Below are positions 23,213 through 32,968 of a stretch of 64,000 nt of DNA, one piece after another; the stretch's first letter is position 1, and the number at the start of each line of letters is the position of its first letter. Origin of the DNA: a virus; the IMG/VR virus record IMGVR_UViG_3300028844_006119, positions 1-64,000 of that record; one strand, written 5' to 3'. The notes beneath the pieces were generated by a model. The model had not been told where the DNA came from and searched no databases. It saw nothing but the letters and a program-made list of their open reading frames with translations. A program made the position numbers and the translations under genes.

Positions 23213-26200
23213 ATGATCACATCCCAACAAGTGAATCAGATGCACATGTCCTCCATGCAATCGCATGGCATGGCGCAGGGGATGATGCCCTCTCAGCCGA
23301 TGATGGGGATGTCCCAGTACCCTCCGACGTTCAGCTACTCGATGGCTGGACAGCAGAACCCCAATGAGCGGGTTGGGCGGAGAGCCGCGGGAGCTATGGT
23401 TGGCGCCGCACAGGGGGCCTTGGGCGTAGCGAGTGTGGCAAACCTGGGCCTCGGAGTGGCCGGCATGGCGGGACTCGCCGCCACCACCGGACCCGTGGGG
23501 TGGGCAGGAGGCTTGCTCGCGGGGGGAGGCATTATGGCAGCCCAGGCCACCGTGGGTGGGATGGCCCAGGGCATGAAGTTCGGTGGGCAGGTCAACCAGA
23601 TGTTCGGCAACCAGCAGTTTGCCAACGCCTCCAACCCCTCTGGCCGAGGATTCGACTCCAAGCAGCTGCACCAGATGTATGGCGCCGTGCGCGCAATCGA
23701 GAAGGACGACCCCTTCGTCAATATGAAGGACGCCCTGCGCGTCACCGAGAAGTTCGGCAGCCAGTTTGGGATACAGCAAGGAGTGCGGGACGCGGAAAAG
23801 CTGTCAGCCAGGGTCACCGAGCTGGGTAAGACTCTTTCCAGTATGGCTAAGACGATGGGCACGACCATCGACGAGGCCGGGAACATCATGGGCATGTCCC
23901 GCGGTGCCGGTTTTTACACCGCGCAGGATGTCATGGGCAATACCCAGGACTTCACGTTCAAGCGCGGTAGGGGCTTCACCTCTCAACAGACTGGGCAGAT
24001 CCAGGGAGCCGGTGCTGCAGCATCCAGGAGCATTGGCTTAACGGGACAATCTGGAGCCAGGTTCGCATCTAGGATGGTGGACGACCTGTCCATCATGGAA
24101 GAGATGGGGGCTATCGATAAGAACGCCTTGATGGATATGACGGGCACTACGACCATGAACGATGCGGCCGCAGCGTTCTCCGGGCGCACGCAGCAGCTCT
24201 TCCAGAGCACCATGTCTCAGGGCGTGGGCAACGCGATGATGACCGCACTGGGGAAGAAAGATAAGAGCGGGAGGTTTACCGGGGAGATCGACCAATCTCT
24301 CCTGCGAGAGATGACTTCTGGTTCCGTCGACTTCGAGAGTATTACCCGTAGGGGACAGAGAAACGCGTCAACTGGGACTGCGCGTGCGTCCTTCGAAGAG
24401 AACAAGGATCAGATCCTCGGGAACGTGATGGGGTCCGGCGAGGGAGTTGATGCTCTGATGAGTGTCATCCAAGTTACGGCAGAGAAGCACGATAAGTCCA
24501 TGCAGCTGGTCTTCAAGCAGATCACAGGAGGAAATGCGAAAGAATTTCGCATGCTCAATGACATGTACGAGAAGGGCGAAGCCGCTCGTGCAGAGCGCAT
24601 GAAGCAGATGACTCTTGAGGCGCAAATGCGGTCCCACCAGCAGAATCTCCGAGAAAACCACACGATTGGGGGGCTAACTCAGCAGTTCGTCGGAGGGCTC
24701 AAGGATACATTCGTCAATCCCGCCCAGGACGCGGGGGCGAACATAGCTGCCGGGTTTGGGGCCGGCGGGGAAGAGCTTCGCATGGGAATACTAAAAATGC
24801 GTAACGCCGGGACTGCGACCTTTTCTACTTCTAAGGGGGCGATATCGGGAGTCGAAGCCCTGATGGATCAGGTCGACGCCGCGACCGACGCGAAGGGAAA
24901 CATTGACTACGGCGCGCTAGGGGCTGCGGGCGTCAGCAGAGATCGAGCCGACCTCGTTACGGGCGGTTCCGCACTGCGCAACACAGACCGCCTGACGTTC
25001 GCCGCCGCCAGCGGAAGGACGGGAGATCTCCAATCGGGGCTTGCTTCGCACTTAAAGGGTACTTCGGCGGCCGGCAAGGCGGGCAATATGTCTGCTCAGG
25101 ACAAGGCGCGCATCCAGACTAAGATCTCTGAGGCAAATAGGGAAAGAGACCCAGAAAAGAAAGCCGCGCTTCTGAAGCAGATCCGGGAGGACGTAAACTC
25201 TGCGCTGAATGGTCGGCCCCCTACCAGCCAGGATCATGTAGCCGCTGCTCACGCCCACCAAGTCCTTGATATCCCGGCCCGGGAAAGTAAAGACACCCTG
25301 GACGCGGTCATCGCGGAGGTAGGGGGAGAGCTGGGGCTTCAGGTCGTGCAAGCCGGGAGGTCAGCAGATCTGGACCTCGAGAAGTCTAATCTGTACGACC
25401 AGACAGTCATGACACAGGACCAGCTTCAGGATCTGTTTGGGACGGGAGGGGGTCGCGGAGATCGAGTACTGAAGGGCGCGGCGACAGGCGCAGGACTAGG
25501 GGCCTACGCTGGAGGGGTCCCGGGTGCCGTGCTCGGCGGCATCGCCGGCGGCATCGCCGGCTCGCTGGGCGGAGGCGGCGAGATCGCCGACCTAGTCGCC
25601 GGCGGGGCAGGAGCAGCGCTGATAGGCAAAGCGACCAGCGGCAAAAAGATGAAGGATATTGATACAGCCATCGCCGCATCGGGAGGAGACGATGCGGCGG
25701 CGGCCAAGAAGCTCTCTGTCGCACTTGGCATCGAAGTCAGTGCCGACGACGTTAAGGTCTATAGGTCCGTCATAGACAGCAAGACCGGCACCAGCAATGC
25801 AGGGGAGCGCACATTACATAGTGACGGGGAGGGGGCCTACGACAAGGACTACACGGACGTCTTTGAGATGGCAGGGAAGGCGAATGACAGCCTGGAGGCC
25901 GAAGCCGCAGGCAAGCTGTTCCAGTCCATGAAAGATCTAAGCACGACGCTATCGCAGGACCTTGCGGGCGTAGAGGGCATGGACGAGGCAGCACTGGGTC
26001 TGCAGAATGCAACGGGCCTCACGGGATACCGTAAAAGCATGAAGGACGCCGTTGCGGCTGCGGCTGCAAGCGGGTTGACGAGTGACAAGCTCGGCGATGG
26101 TGCCAGCCGGCAAGCCCAGCTAGTGGCCAAGGCCAGTGAGGATGTCCTTAAGGTCAAGGCTCTCGACAAGGGCGGGCAGGTAAACATCTCCGAGCTCAAG

Positions 26201-26566
26201 AAGAAGCTCAATATAGGGAAGGGGACTGCGCTGTCCGACAAGATCAAGAATTTGGCAGGAGAGGACTCCACCATCTCGACCGAAGATGCGATGAAGCTTA
26301 TGTCCGACGCAGGAGGCGATAACATCGCCGCTCTTGCTCGAGATGGCGTTGGGGCAATGGATACGGTCTTGCAATCCGGTATGAGTCCCATGGAGATTCA
26401 GCTTAAGTCGGCTAAGGAGTCAGCTGAGTCTGTTCGCAAGAATGCTGAGATGATCGACGCCATTTACTCCAGGATGTCGGGAACGGCGCCCACCAACCCA
26501 GATAGCTCGGTGGCAGGATTCCGCACCAACATAAAGTCTTTTCGGGAAAACCCGGATGAGAACTAA
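23213..26566 (+). CDS. putative tail tape measure protein
   Basis: 1117 aa, A/G/M/Q-rich helical, glycine-zipper segments (GAATGAGLGA..GAVLGGIAGGIAG), first gene of the tail/baseplate block. Confidence 0.7.
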   Translation: MITSQQVNQMHMSSMQSHGMAQGMMPSQPMMGMSQYPPTFSYSMAGQQNPNERVGRRAAGAMVGAAQGALGVASVANLGLGVAGMAGLAATTGPVGWAGGLLAGGGIMAAQATVGGMAQGMKFGGQVNQMFGNQQFANASNPSGRGFDSKQLHQMYGAVRAIEKDDPFVNMKDALRVTEKFGSQFGIQQGVRDAEKLSARVTELGKTLSSMAKTMGTTIDEAGNIMGMSRGAGFYTAQDVMGNTQDFTFKRGRGFTSQQTGQIQGAGAAASRSIGLTGQSGARFASRMVDDLSIMEEMGAIDKNALMDMTGTTTMNDAAAAFSGRTQQLFQSTMSQGVGNAMMTALGKKDKSGRFTGEIDQSLLREMTSGSVDFESITRRGQRNASTGTARASFEENKDQILGNVMGSGEGVDALMSVIQVTAEKHDKSMQLVFKQITGGNAKEFRMLNDMYEKGEAARAERMKQMTLEAQMRSHQQNLRENHTIGGLTQQFVGGLKDTFVNPAQDAGANIAAGFGAGGEELRMGILKMRNAGTATFSTSKGAISGVEALMDQVDAATDAKGNIDYGALGAAGVSRDRADLVTGGSALRNTDRLTFAAASGRTGDLQSGLASHLKGTSAAGKAGNMSAQDKARIQTKISEANRERDPEKKAALLKQIREDVNSALNGRPPTSQDHVAAAHAHQVLDIPARESKDTLDAVIAEVGGELGLQVVQAGRSADLDLEKSNLYDQTVMTQDQLQDLFGTGGGRGDRVLKGAATGAGLGAYAGGVPGAVLGGIAGGIAGSLGGGGEIADLVAGGAGAALIGKATSGKKMKDIDTAIAASGGDDAAAAKKLSVALGIEVSADDVKVYRSVIDSKTGTSNAGERTLHSDGEGAYDKDYTDVFEMAGKANDSLEAEAAGKLFQSMKDLSTTLSQDLAGVEGMDEAALGLQNATGLTGYRKSMKDAVAAAAASGLTSDKLGDGASRQAQLVAKASEDVLKVKALDKGGQVNISELKKKLNIGKGTALSDKIKNLAGEDSTISTEDAMKLMSDAGGDNIAALARDGVGAMDTVLQSGMSPMEIQLKSAKESAESVRKNAEMIDAIYSRMSGTAPTNPDSSVAGFRTNIKSFRENPDEN

Positions 26567-26569
26567 GTA

Positions 26570-26839
26570 ATGAGTACCTCAGACACAGACGATCTTTTGA
26601 TCGCATCTCAGATCTCCGATACGCGGATCGAGTCTTCTTACGAAGTCGAGGCTGCTGCGGGCCGTCGTCAGACCGTTCTGCTAGTTGAGTTTCCAACTAT
26701 CGACGATCTGATGGTCCAGGGCATGAGGAACGTCGCCGGAACCATCAAGTTCCGGGACATCAAGTACCAATCCCTCATGGATAGGGATTTGGTTACTCAA
26801 TTGGTTAGGGTCCACCTTCCGATAGAGAGGTCCTCGTGA
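26570..26839 (+). CDS. hypothetical protein
   Basis: Operon packing. Confidence 0.65.
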   Translation: MSTSDTDDLLIASQISDTRIESSYEVEAAAGRRQTVLLVEFPTIDDLMVQGMRNVAGTIKFRDIKYQSLMDRDLVTQLVRVHLPIERSS

Positions 26840-28476
26840 GCTACCTGTCCGTTTTTCAGTCCATCTCGGACGCCACGTTCGAGAGTGTCTCGGGTACCTT
26901 CGGGGGCGGAGGGGACGGGGAGGCCGTTCACCATGTCCGGCGTCCGATGCGTGGACTTCTTTTGCCGCAGGAGACCTATGCGGCGATCTCCGTCATTGGA
27001 GGCGGGCTCAAGAACTCCTCCCTCCCTGAGCATAATCAGGGGGCGTACACTACAAACTTTCTCCTGCAGTCTGTCACAGAGACGAGAAACGAGAAGGTCC
27101 AGTACGTTTCTACCTTCGGAAGCACGTACGCATTCTTCTTCGGAGAGCAGCCCCGACTCATTAACTGTTCCGCGGTACTCCTAAATACTCCCGACTTCAA
27201 CTGGGAGAAGGAATGGTGGACGAACTACGACGCCATACTTCGAGGAACGTCCCTAACGAGCAGAAATACCAAGGCTTCTCTTACGTATGACGGGACCACG
27301 GTCACCGGGTACCTGACCAACTGCACTACAATTAAGAACGCCCAAGATCCTCTTCAGGTGACTGTGAACTTCAGCATGTTTGTCGAAAGCATCGATTTTG
27401 TGGATCCCGGAGGAAACACTCAGCCGTACGGCGGAAGTGATGACACTAGGGCCGACTACCTCGGCGTCGGCAATGTCCTGAATCGCGATGATAGACGGGT
27501 CTTGTCAGAGTCCACTACCGCAGCGGTGAGGCGGGCGAACATCCAGATCTCGCCTTTGTCGGGAACCTCTAGTATCAGCGGCCTCGCCGGAGCCCTAAGT
27601 GCCATTGACGGGGCACTCTCGAATTTCGTCCGAACGGCAAGAAACCTGCTGTATGGGCGGAACATCGTGGTGCCCCGGAGCTTCACAGGCGCAAGAGCCA
27701 GTGTTCCCATTTTCCCTGAGGGCAGTGGAGCGGAGGGCCTCGCAGGTGGAGGGATAAGCAACTTCTTCGGAAAGAGCCTTCTTACCTACTCTGAGGACGG
27801 CACCAATACTGCCGGGGGAGCTTCGGTGACCCTCAGAAGCAACACCGACGGCTTCCTTACCCGGGAGTACTTGCTAGAGCAGCAAAAGAAAAAGTCGCAC
27901 ACCTACGAGAACTTCGATGAGTACGTGAACACCCCTCCCAGGTCGAGCGCCCTCAAAGAGCTTTACGCGGACGTGTACTCCGATTCCTTCTTCGGGCCCG
28001 AACTGGAGCTTGCCCTGTTAGATCTGGGGGCTTTTGCGGATAACCTAGTCCTAAATGAGAAGTCAGTGGCCGCGTTTTCGGCATTCGGGATGGGGAAAGC
28101 AGTGCTTCCGTACACCGCCCTCGGAGATCCGACAAATTCTGATATGGCGCTGTTGAATTACAATGCCGCTAAGTCCAAGGAGGCCGTTTCCGGTGTGCTA
28201 AGAACTCTCGCACGAACCGTCTACGGCGTAGCCACCTTCGCTTACGGCACCAGTGTCGTAAATAGACGGAGAGATCTGCAGGACTCCATCACCAACCCGA
28301 ATACTGGAGGTCTGGACGCCGCTACGCTATCGGACATGATCTCGGCTACCGAGGCGTCTCAGCGGAGCGCGGAGCAGGACCGCCTCGCGTCGGAAGCTGA
28401 AGCCTCCGCCCTACGAGGTAACACGGGAACTGTAGAGCCCAATCTGATCTCCGTTATCGGCGGCATCCTCACATAA
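26836..28476 (+). CDS. putative tail tube-initiator/baseplate protein
   Basis: Beta-rich N-terminal domain (NFLLQSVTETRNEKVQ..TFG..FFFGEQPR), located between TMP and hub. Confidence 0.55.
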   Translation: MSYLSVFQSISDATFESVSGTFGGGGDGEAVHHVRRPMRGLLLPQETYAAISVIGGGLKNSSLPEHNQGAYTTNFLLQSVTETRNEKVQYVSTFGSTYAFFFGEQPRLINCSAVLLNTPDFNWEKEWWTNYDAILRGTSLTSRNTKASLTYDGTTVTGYLTNCTTIKNAQDPLQVTVNFSMFVESIDFVDPGGNTQPYGGSDDTRADYLGVGNVLNRDDRRVLSESTTAAVRRANIQISPLSGTSSISGLAGALSAIDGALSNFVRTARNLLYGRNIVVPRSFTGARASVPIFPEGSGAEGLAGGGISNFFGKSLLTYSEDGTNTAGGASVTLRSNTDGFLTREYLLEQQKKKSHTYENFDEYVNTPPRSSALKELYADVYSDSFFGPELELALLDLGAFADNLVLNEKSVAAFSAFGMGKAVLPYTALGDPTNSDMALLNYNAAKSKEAVSGVLRTLARTVYGVATFAYGTSVVNRRRDLQDSITNPNTGGLDAATLSDMISATEASQRSAEQDRLASEAEASALRGNTGTVEPNLISVIGGILT

Positions 28477-28486
28477 GGAGAATCCC

Positions 28487-31400
28487 ATGGCACTTACTGG
28501 GACAGGGGGAGCACATTACCTCCACTTACGTTGTTTTCTGGAAGGCATTGAGGTCCCCGTTATCGGGGCATCGGTAACCTCACAGCTGAACGCCCCCGCT
28601 ACGGCCAACATCCAGATTGTTCCCAGCGACAGGCTAGCCACGCTTCTCCCCAGGACGACAGTGCACCTGTTCTTCCTGGATTCCGTGACCTTCGCTGGTC
28701 GGGGGGAGGGAGCCGAGCCTGACGATCATGACTACCGCCTTATGTTCTGCGGAGAGGTATTCGACACATCTATTGGAAAGTCTGGGCACGGGTCGAGATC
28801 GGCGTCTCTTCGGTGTATGGACTTCTCGAATGTCTGGGACACCAACTACTCGTACATCATGAGATACGCGGTGGGCGCTCAGGAGACCGCCGAAGGCGGG
28901 GCTATCCTAAAGAATGTGTCCGGCTTTGTAGGAGGCGGCGGCACCAATAACGGGTCAGGGAACTCCAACCCCTTCGATGACATCGTCAACTCGCCCGCCG
29001 ATGTTATTGCGCGGATGGCCACCGCATCTGGAGCAGGCAACCCGGCCGCTCCAGGAAAGGGCACCGTTTTGGGGGGCCTTCTGGCCGTACTCGAGCTGTT
29101 GAGCGGCATTCAGGGCCTATATATTGGGATTAATCCGTGGGCTACGGTCCATGAGCGCCGCTGCCGAGTCATGGACTCCCTTGTCTCCGACAATGGGACG
29201 ACCGCCAAGAGCCTGTTCGACCAGCAGGTGTTTGCTGACTGGCTTCAGCAGAGGACAGGTACTGCCGCCTCTGTGATCAGCTTTCGGCAGATCATCAACC
29301 TGATCCTCGGGTACATCTACTACGACGTGGTCACCAACGTCACTCCCTCTTATTTTGCGGGAGATAACGGGGCGGGCCTTCCAGGCAGAGACGTCCCGGA
29401 GTGGAAAGTATCGGCAGGAGGTCCTGCGGAAGAGGGGGGCGAGAGCGATGCCCTATCCTTATCGGAGCTCACAAACATGGGTCCCGTGCCTCGGGGCAAA
29501 GTTGCGGGGCTCGACTCAACGTTCTGGGCCTATTGCACAGAGGTACTAACCAAACTCAGTGAACTATGTGCTACGCAGAAATTCAAATCCGGAAGTATGG
29601 CGGGCAAACCCATAAGGTTCGCGATTACCTCCGGCTATCGGAACATGGAACAGCAGCAGGCACTGAATGACAAGAAGGCGGCAGACGGGAAGGGAAAGAA
29701 GGCAACCAGGAGGGCACATACCGCTGGGTTCGCAATCGATATTGCGGCCATAGGCATCGGGGCGACAGGAACCATGCCGTACATGAAGGGGGAGAAAGGC
29801 TCTACGATGGGCAAGCCCATCCCGATAGAAGTGGCAGCTGGGCCAAAAACCAACGCCACTAAGCGCTTTAGGGCGGCTCTCTTCGCCCTTGAGATGCAGC
29901 AGGGCCCCATAATCAATGCGAGTATCACTGATTTTGATGACCTGCTGAAGAAGATCAGAGCACATGAGAATACCTTGAGTAAGTGCTTTGTGAACGAGGC
30001 CGGACTGGCAGTGGCGGAGGCTACTGTTCGCAACGCCGCTCAATTTTGGAAGCTGTATGGCGAGGCAGTAAAGGCAGTAAATAAAACCACGAAGACGGGC
30101 ATCAGAGGTTGGTGGGGCGGGGACTGGAAGACCGCCACGGACCCCCTCTGGGGAATGTTCGGCGTTGGACTAGATCCCGTTCACGTAGAGGACGAGGACT
30201 GGGACGGAAAAACTGCCAGCACCTTGGGAGGATTCGCGCCCCCCACAGAGGTGAGCGCAGTTCTACGTAAGGGGGAGTCCCGGGAGACGCTCAAGTCCTT
30301 CATCTTCCGGCCCAATATCTGGTTTTGTGCGCCGCCCCTGTGCAATGTAGTTCTGCCGCATATGTACGAGACCATGTCTGTGAGCAGGCAGATGATGCGG
30401 GAAACCACGCGACTTCAGCTGGACGCGTTCAACCAGTTCTTTGAGAGCAACGTACTAAACACATTTTACTACGCCCCGCAGTTTCAGGCAGCGGAGGGAA
30501 AGACCTCCGCAAACCACGTTATGGGCGAGGGCATGGGCTCCGTCACCAAGACCATCGTCATGGATCACGAGGTATTCTCGGGAATCATCCCGAAGATGGA
30601 GCGGATCTCGGAGATCTCTTTTTACGCAAAACAGTCGGGGCAGGGATCGGAGCTCCGAGTGACTGACTCGGGAGAGGTGGAGGCATCGTCCGCCCAAGCA
30701 ACTATTGTTGACTACGGGGAGCGGGTCGCACATTACAACTTCCTGACCCACAGGTTTGCGGCCCGCAGCGGCTCCTTCGGGGGCCCATTCAACCCCTACC
30801 TGGTGTGCGGGTTTCCAGCGGTGCTTGTTGACTCCGTCCCTTCACTCAGCAAGGAAGAAGACCGGGCGGGCGTACTACAGAGTATTGCGGAGGGAGAGAG
30901 GCCCTCAACTAAGGTCCACTGGCTGGGGACTATTGAATCCCTGAGTCATACGTATGACCAGTCCGGGGCCAGGACAACTGCGCAGCTCAAGTATGTGAGG
31001 TCCCACAGAACGGGGGACAACACAGACGATTTGCTTGCGGAGTCTGTTACGGACCAGGGCATCTTCAAGATTCAGGATGCCGACTACTCTCCGGCTATAG
31101 GTGATGGGGCGGTTGCGTGGCCTGTCACGTCCGTCAAGACCATGACCGCCGAGCACCAGAAGAAGCTAGAGGATTTCAAGGATGCCTGGATCTTCCAGTA
31201 CGTAGCCAAGACCGTGGGTGGGAGCCTGGAGAAGCTTTCGCAGTCCTTCCTCATCAAGCTGTATTCTGGGATCCCCCCGGAGAAGGATGATGTGCCGCCG
31301 GCAGATCAGTACAGGGCGCTAGGTCCGAATACTGCCGATAAGTCCAAGGAGAAGGTCTCCGTAGACGCCAGCATTAAGAGTCCCACCGGGACGGAGATTA

Positions 31401-32473
31401 CGGAGGTTTCTTGGTCCGGAGCAGAGACTTGGGCTGTGGTCCGGTTCAAGGTCGCCCTCCCCGAACAGGGCCGGAAGCAGTTTCTCTCCTTTAAGGCGGG
31501 TCTTACTGAGATCACCCTCATGGAGATGTCCAGGTCTTCGGCTTACCCATTCACAAAGGATGTGGAAGAGCATAAGGCCTTGGCGGCGTTTGGGGAGATG
31601 AGTGAGATCTACGACATAGGCGCCATTCAGTCAGATCCGACTGGAAGGTTTGCGCCAGTGCAGATTGATGTCCCTGTGCTTTTGCCGGGAGATACCCTCA
31701 CTATTGCGTATAAGGGGTCTTCGGGATCTGTAGCGGGCAGCCGGGATCTGCCCATTGAGGAGGCTATTAGGCCCCCATTCATAGACAAGGGTGTGTACAC
31801 CAATGCGCCGTCAGAGGAGGAGGGGTACTCCAAGATAGACTTGCTTTATGGGCATCTCTTTGGCTCCCCTTCGGTCATCCATAACCTACTCCTGGCGGGG
31901 GCTACTCCGTACGACGGCATGGATATCCACTCAGTGGAGCAGGCCGTTGACTACATCGTGGCGACTGCTAGTATTCAGGAGGGAACTCAGCAATCATACG
32001 TTTCCGCGTTGACCAGCAGGAACATTGCAAGCCTGCCTGACATTTTGGCCCCTAAGGGGTGGAAGCCTAAGCCCGCCTCAGAAGGGGGGTACCTGTGGGA
32101 GTACGACGCAGGCACCAGCGCCAAGGACATCAAACTCACCGGCGGGTTCCACTCCAACGCCGTCACGGGGAAGAGCCACATAGGCCTTAAGGGGGTCTCT
32201 GAGATCTCCGAGGTCGGGCAGAAGCTGAAGTTTGGCTCTCGTCTGGAGTTCCTGGACCTAGAGACGACCCGGGAGCTGGGCTCTCGTTTGATGCCCGAGG
32301 AGAAGGTGACCCTTGGCGAAGACACCTCAATCCGACTAGACCCTAGAGCGCCCCGCGCGAAGAGGGTTACCGAGTACTTGCAGGATATTGGTGGAACTTC
32401 TGCTCTCCGTAAGTTAGACTTTGGGTCTACTGGATTTACTACGACGCCGGACGGCCGAGGAGGAAAAGGATGA
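28487..32473 (+). CDS. putative baseplate hub protein with inserted M15 Zn-peptidase domain
   Basis: Hub-like N-terminus (LEGIEVPV..ATANIQI..LMFCGEV) and late GPFNPYLVCGFP..IESLSH segment; insert ITSGYRNMEQQ..AHTAGFAIDI..WGGDW..DPVHVE. Confidence 0.7.
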   Translation: MALTGTGGAHYLHLRCFLEGIEVPVIGASVTSQLNAPATANIQIVPSDRLATLLPRTTVHLFFLDSVTFAGRGEGAEPDDHDYRLMFCGEVFDTSIGKSGHGSRSASLRCMDFSNVWDTNYSYIMRYAVGAQETAEGGAILKNVSGFVGGGGTNNGSGNSNPFDDIVNSPADVIARMATASGAGNPAAPGKGTVLGGLLAVLELLSGIQGLYIGINPWATVHERRCRVMDSLVSDNGTTAKSLFDQQVFADWLQQRTGTAASVISFRQIINLILGYIYYDVVTNVTPSYFAGDNGAGLPGRDVPEWKVSAGGPAEEGGESDALSLSELTNMGPVPRGKVAGLDSTFWAYCTEVLTKLSELCATQKFKSGSMAGKPIRFAITSGYRNMEQQQALNDKKAADGKGKKATRRAHTAGFAIDIAAIGIGATGTMPYMKGEKGSTMGKPIPIEVAAGPKTNATKRFRAALFALEMQQGPIINASITDFDDLLKKIRAHENTLSKCFVNEAGLAVAEATVRNAAQFWKLYGEAVKAVNKTTKTGIRGWWGGDWKTATDPLWGMFGVGLDPVHVEDEDWDGKTASTLGGFAPPTEVSAVLRKGESRETLKSFIFRPNIWFCAPPLCNVVLPHMYETMSVSRQMMRETTRLQLDAFNQFFESNVLNTFYYAPQFQAAEGKTSANHVMGEGMGSVTKTIVMDHEVFSGIIPKMERISEISFYAKQSGQGSELRVTDSGEVEASSAQATIVDYGERVAHYNFLTHRFAARSGSFGGPFNPYLVCGFPAVLVDSVPSLSKEEDRAGVLQSIAEGERPSTKVHWLGTIESLSHTYDQSGARTTAQLKYVRSHRTGDNTDDLLAESVTDQGIFKIQDADYSPAIGDGAVAWPVTSVKTMTAEHQKKLEDFKDAWIFQYVAKTVGGSLEKLSQSFLIKLYSGIPPEKDDVPPADQYRALGPNTADKSKEKVSVDASIKSPTGTEITEVSWSGAETWAVVRFKVALPEQGRKQFLSFKAGLTEITLMEMSRSSAYPFTKDVEEHKALAAFGEMSEIYDIGAIQSDPTGRFAPVQIDVPVLLPGDTLTIAYKGSSGSVAGSRDLPIEEAIRPPFIDKGVYTNAPSEEEGYSKIDLLYGHLFGSPSVIHNLLLAGATPYDGMDIHSVEQAVDYIVATASIQEGTQQSYVSALTSRNIASLPDILAPKGWKPKPASEGGYLWEYDAGTSAKDIKLTGGFHSNAVTGKSHIGLKGVSEISEVGQKLKFGSRLEFLDLETTRELGSRLMPEEKVTLGEDTSIRLDPRAPRAKRVTEYLQDIGGTSALRKLDFGSTGFTTTPDGRGGKG

Positions 32474-32706
32474 TTTCTCAGGACATGCTTCAGGCATTCA
32501 ATGAGGCGCTGCTCAAGGAAGCTGTTGCCCCTCCGGCTGCGGCAGCGAAGATGAGTGGCAAGATGAAGGGACTTCTGGGCCTCGGAGCTGCTGCCGGCGT
32601 GGGAGCGGGAGTTCTCGGAGAGCAGGCCAAGGATGATATCGTCCAAGGACGGCTGTCCAGAAAGCAGATGGCTCGCGGCCAGGGCGTTCACCACCTGCTT
32701 ACCTGA
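32470..32706 (+). CDS. small putative virion protein with N-terminal AFxExLxKEA motif
   Basis: MLQAFNEALLKEAVA; glycine-rich hydrophobic segment. Confidence 0.7.
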   Translation: MISQDMLQAFNEALLKEAVAPPAAAAKMSGKMKGLLGLGAAAGVGAGVLGEQAKDDIVQGRLSRKQMARGQGVHHLLT

Positions 32707-32713
32707 GAGTCTC

Positions 32714-32968
32714 ATGAGCGACAAACACAGTCTTTTCCAGAGATCCCCGGAGGCCCTTCTCAGTGAAGGTGCCGAGCGATCTAACGTGGCCGTCACCAAT
32801 CAGATGCTGGACGACTTGTTCTCCAGAAGAGATGTGATGGGGAAGAAGGCGTATTCCCAGCTCCGCTCCCTGTTCACGGGCAAGGAGCACTATGGGCGCA
32901 ACACTCGCCTCGGCATGTCCGCGAATGAATCCTCTAAGCTCGTAAATCGGGCCTTTAGTGGTGAGTAG
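32714..32968 (+). CDS. hypothetical protein (84 aa)
   Basis: Operon packing. Confidence 0.6.
   Translation: MSDKHSLFQRSPEALLSEGAERSNVAVTNQMLDDLFSRRDVMGKKAYSQLRSLFTGKEHYGRNTRLGMSANESSKLVNRAFSGE

Noticed and set aside
23150-23779. N-terminal extension of ORF 22805..23779
   Set aside because: It overlaps the tape measure gene antisense; the real start with RBS and promoter motif is at 23149.
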